From Thermincola sp. (GTDB lineage Bacteria > Bacillota > Thermincolia > Thermincolales > UBA2595), in contig JAVSMW010000015.1 of the NCBI GenBank assembly GCA_032027005.1, forward strand, positions 10,354-42,353: a DNA stretch of 32,000 nt. The letters run 5' to 3'. The position numbers were made by a program, and so were the translations under genes. Shown piece by piece: positions 28,323 through 32,000 of the stretch; position 1 is the stretch's first letter; each line of letters opens with the position of its first letter. The notes below the pieces were generated by a model. The model had not been told where the DNA came from and did not search any database. It saw nothing but the letters and a program-made list of their open reading frames with translations.

Positions 28323-30479
28323 ATGAAAGAAAAAGTAATGGAATTCATGAAAAGGGAAGCCTACCGTCCATTATCGGCAGCGGAATTATATAACGCCCTT
28401 GGCTTTTCTGATCATGACGGATTTTTAAAAATCCTAGAGGAACTGGAAAATGAGGGTAAGGTTATTTGCACCAGGAAAATGAAGTACGGTCTGCCGGAGA
28501 AAATGAATCTGGTAGTGGGAAAACTTCAGGGGCATGCCAATGGTTTCGGTTTCTTAATTCAGGACACACCTGGAGTGCCTGATGTGTTTATCAGTGCTGA
28601 CAACATGAACAGTGCCATGCATAACGACAGGGTAATTGCCAGGTTATTGGGGCGAAGCTGGGATGGTCCCAAACAAGAGGGAGAAATCATCAGAATCTTG
28701 TCAAGGGCCAATAAGACTATTGTGGGGACCTTTGACAGGGGAAACAGGTACGGTTTTGTCACACCAGACGAAAACCGGATCAGTACCGATATTTTTATCC
28801 CCAAGGGGCAGGAAATGAATGCCCGGACCGGTGACAAGGTAGTTGTAGAAATTACCGACTGGCCGGAGCGCCGCTGCAACCCGGAAGGGCGTATTATTAC
28901 AATAATTGGTCATAAAAATGAGCCTGGAACAGATATAGAATCTATTATCTGGAAGTTTGGCCTGCCTAAAGAGTTTCCGAAGCCTGTCTTGGCAGAGGTC
29001 GCCAAAATTCCCATGGAGGTCATTGCCGCGCAGGAGGCTGGACGCCGTAATCTCAGGGATCTTATGATGGTAACCATTGACGGTGAAGATGCTAAGGATC
29101 TTGATGATGCTGTATCCTTAGAGGTTCTGCCTAATGGCAACTTTCATCTGGGAGTCCACATTGCCGATGTTGGCAGCTATGTAACACCTGGCAGCGCCCT
29201 GGACAAAGAGGCCTATAAAAGAGGGACCAGTATTTACCTGGTGGACAGGGTGATTCCTATGCTGCCGCATGAATTATCCAATGGGATCTGCAGCCTGAAT
29301 CCGAAGGTGGATCGGCTGGCATTGTCTGTCTTCATGGAGATTGACAACAAAGGCCGGGTGCTGAGGCATGACATTTGCGAATCAGTTATCAATATCAATG
29401 AACGAATGACTTACAGTAATGTTAAAAAGATTTTGGTTGATAAGGACCAGGAACTGATTAGCAAATATGATTACCTTGTGGAAACTTTTAATTTGATGGA
29501 AAGATTGTGCCTAATTTTAAATGGGCGCAGGCTGGCACGGGGCACTGTGGACTTTGAATTTCCGGAAGTCAAGGTAAAACTTGACGAAAAAGGGCAACCC
29601 ATTGATATACTTAAATATGACCGTTCTGTTGCTGACAGGATAATCGAGGAGTTCATGCTTGTTACCAATGAAACGGTGGCCCAGCATTTCTTTGAACAGG
29701 GCGTACCTTTTGTATATCGGATTCATGAGAAGCCTGACTCTGAAAAAGTATCTAATCTTAACAGATTCCTGTTTACCTTTGGTCTTAGTATAAAAGGGTT
29801 CAATAAAATTCATCCGGGTGCTTTTCAGGAAGTCTTGAAAAAGGTTGCGGGGCGCCCAGAAGAACGAGTAATCAGCACTGTCATGCTGAGAACTATGAAA
29901 CTGGCCAGGTACAGTGAAGAAAATAGCGGTCATTTTGGGTTGGCTGCCGAACATTACTGCCATTTTACGTCCCCCATCAGAAGGTACCCGGACCTTGTTA
30001 TTCACCGGATCATCAAAGAAGTCCTGGTCAAAGGGCAGCTGCCCGGTCAGAGAAAAGATAAGCTGGCCATCTTTGTTACTGATGCGTCGATACAGTCTTC
30101 GGAACGGGAAAAGCTGGCTACTGAGGCAGAACGGGATAGTGTGGACCTTAAAAAAGTAGAATTTATGCAAAATAAAATCGGTGAGGAATATCAGGCGATT
30201 ATTTCGGGAGTTACTTCCTTTGGTATCTTTGTGGAGCTAGATAACATGGTCGAAGGTTTGGTTCACGTCACCACCATGATGGATGATTTTTACGAATATG
30301 ATGAAAATAAACTGTCTTTGACCGGGCGGCATACAGGCAGGTCCTTCCGGATTGGGGATAGTGTCAGGGTAAGACTAGAGCAGGTTAATCTTGATGAACG
30401 CAAGCTGGATTTTGAACTGGTAGAAAATGTCGACAGACCAAGTAAAATATTGGTCGGGAGCGGCATTTCTACCCCTTGA
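28323..30479 (+). CDS. rnr: Ribonuclease R
   Basis: [79 protein letters not shown]; C-terminal S1 domain. Confidence 0.96.
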   Translation: [718 protein letters not shown]

Positions 30480-30544
30480 CATCAGAAAGCTATATGCTAT
30501 AATGTAATGTACGTCTCAAGGATTAGTTATCGAGGTGGCCGAAA

Positions 30545-31009
30545 ATGGCTGACAGTATTAAGGTAATAACTGAAAACAGAAAAGCCCGGCACGATTTTCA
30601 TATTGAAGAAACTTTTGAAGCCGGGATTGTTCTGGCCGGTACGGAAGTGAAATCTCTGCGGGCCGGCAAAGCCAATTTAAAAGACAGTTTTGCCAGGGTT
30701 GATCATGGGGAGATATTTCTTTACAATGCCCATATCAGTCCTTATGAGCAGGGGAACAGGTTTAACCACGATCCTCTAAGGACCCGCAAGCTGTTAATGC
30801 ATGCCTTTGAAATACGCAAGCTCATTGGCAAAGTTCAGGAGAAAGGCCTTACTTTGGTGCCGCTAAAGATGTATTTCAAAAACGGCAAAGCCAAAGTCCA
30901 GTTAGCCCTGGCCAAAGGGAAAAAGCTCTATGACAAGCGAGACGACATGGCTGCCCGGGATGCGAAACGAGAAATGGAGAAGGCATTTCGGGAGAGGCAG
31001 AAAATGTAG
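30545..31009 (+). CDS. smpB: SsrA-binding protein SmpB
   Basis: [39 protein letters not shown]; [25 protein letters not shown]. Confidence 0.97.
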   Translation: MADSIKVITENRKARHDFHIEETFEAGIVLAGTEVKSLRAGKANLKDSFARVDHGEIFLYNAHISPYEQGNRFNHDPLRTRKLLMHAFEIRKLIGKVQEKGLTLVPLKMYFKNGKAKVQLALAKGKKLYDKRDDMAARDAKREMEKAFRERQKM

Positions 31010-31058
31010 CTCTGAGAATGATGAATGACTTTCATTCTTACTTTAAAAGTTTTTGCTA

Positions 31059-31179
31059 GGCTGTTCAAAAGCGAGCATAGCTAGGAGCCATTTGTGTCGG
31101 AACCGGAGGCGTACTGGGTATGTACGTCGAGGATTACGGCACAAATGGCGACAACGCTAGGCGACGCTTTTCAACAGCC
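31059..31179. repeat. Long hairpin element, copy B (inverted relative to copy A)
   Basis: GGCTGTTCAAAAGCG (31059-31073) / CGCTTTTCAACAGCC (31165-31179), 14/15 paired; GCCATTTGTG (31087-31096) / CACAAATGGC (31140-31149); tip AACCGGAGGCGTAC tgggtat GTACGTCGAGGATT. Confidence 0.85.
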
Positions 31180-31187
31180 GTAAACAT

Positions 31188-31538
31188 GGGGGTGTAATGG
31201 TTTCGACGGGGGAAGAATAAACACAATAAGCGAGCCGGGATCCCACAGGCCCGTTAAACAGTGGAACTTAAATTAAACGCTAAAAACGATTTAGCTTACG
31301 CAGCTTAATTGCTGCTCACCTCTCTGCTTCTGTGCTCTGTGTGAGGCAGATGAGGTCATTTAACAGAGCTGGCTGACCCCCAATTCTCGGAGGGGTGACG
31401 CGAGATTTATCGAGATAGTGAGCCGGTAGCCTGTCGGTAGGCGATTGGTGAGCGAAATTTAAAATACTCGACTACGCTCGTAGAAGGTTGTGTGGGTTCT
31501 CTTTCGGACGCGGGTTCGACACCCGCCACCTCCACCAA
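31188..31538 (+). ncRNA. ssrA: tmRNA (transfer-messenger RNA)
   Basis: 5' GGGGGTGTAATGGTTTCGAC; 3' GGGTTCGACACCCGCCACCTCCACCA; 7-bp acceptor pairing GGGGGTG / CACCTCC with encoded CCA; tag reading frame ending GCTTACGCAGCTTAA. Confidence 0.96.
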
Positions 31539-31611
31539 ATAATCTACCATCTATTGATAAAATTCAGTTTATTGTTGGTGGTTTTTAAATAGTCAATAAA
31601 CCCAGTATTTA

Positions 31612-31647
31612 AGCCGCTTTCGCAGGTTTTGCGAGGCGGCTTTTTTC
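31612..31647 (+). terminator. Rho-independent terminator downstream of ssrA
   Basis: AAGCCGC tttcgcaggttttgcgag GCGGCTT + TTTT. Confidence 0.85.
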
Positions 31648-31690
31648 GTTTGCTGAAGAATTTTTGGGCGGAGTGTTTTAATAACACTGG

Positions 31691-31897
31691 TTGAATTGGT
31701 ATCAATTTGATGAAGACGCACCTGTGGAGCAAATTCTTGGTATACTCGAAACCGTCACCATCACTGATCTTGTAGTCATACGGGACAATAACCTGCTTAA
31801 CGATAGCGTGACGGCTACTGACAATGTAGTAGTAACAGGGGCAAACAACGGGGCATATTTAGCAGACACGGCTAAGGCAGACTTCTGCAGTGCTTAG
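31691..31897 (+). CDS. Small hypothetical protein (68 aa)
   Basis: Open frame from TTG 31691; repetitive VTITDLVVIRD...SVTATDNVVVTG; stop TAG at 31895-31897; start uncertain. Confidence 0.35.
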   Translation: MNWYQFDEDAPVEQILGILETVTITDLVVIRDNNLLNDSVTATDNVVVTGANNGAYLADTAKADFCSA

Positions 31898-31913
31898 GAA
31901 GGAGTGGGCGAGC

Positions 31914-32000
31914 TTGATTAATGAAAAAATTGGCATTGTTGGCCGGGTAAAGGTTAGGACATACCCGGCGCACCTTGAACAAAAAATTATACAGCTTTTT
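31914..32000 (+). CDS. 5' end of an unidentified protein running off the window (MINEKIGIVGRVKVRTYPAHLEQKIIQLF...)
   Basis: TTG 31914 preceded by GGAAGGAGTGGG; uninterrupted frame to the window end. Confidence 0.5.
   Translation, partial: MINEKIGIVGRVKVRTYPAHLEQKIIQLF

Noticed and set aside
31544-31732. 62-aa minus-strand ORF after ssrA
   Set aside because: It overlaps the ssrA terminator and has no RBS or recognisable family.

Overview
This is a Firmicutes-like (Clostridia/Peptococcaceae-type, by gene content only) chromosomal window. It is dominated by recognisable housekeeping genes, nearly all on the + strand. In order they are: a 3' fragment of a GH15-type glucoamylase; an amylo-alpha-1,6-glucosidase; a bifunctional phosphoglucose/phosphomannose isomerase; a PHP-domain protein; a ROK glucokinase; a methyl-accepting chemotaxis protein; several small ORFs; a second PHP-domain protein; rapZ-yvcK-[two fluC/crcB]-whiA; rpoN; the glycolytic cluster cggR-gap-pgk-tpiA-gpmI-eno; hppA (membrane pyrophosphatase); a GntR/YtrA-type regulator followed by a decayed ABC-transporter operon; a PH-like/DUF1648-type membrane protein; secG; rnr; smpB; and ssrA (tmRNA). 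I found no convincing CRISPR array, defence island, BGC or intact mobile element. The most unusual signals are non-coding. (1) Two dispersed long hairpins (about 25.38-25.49 kb and about 31.06-31.18 kb, opposite orientation) share an almost identical 28-nt tip (AATCCTCRACGTAC...GTACGCCTCCGGTT) while their long supporting stems are unrelated in sequence but still paired. (2) A ~330-nt imperfect palindrome (25.54-25.88 kb) lies between hppA and gntR. (3) A family of GTGAGTAG/CACTCACC-type palindromic repeats sits on the 3' ends of genes and supplies C-termini and stop codons. Also notable are a structured hppA leader, a divergent candidate tmRNA tag, a truncated ABC ATPase downstream of an apparently intact regulator, and two small related ORFs.
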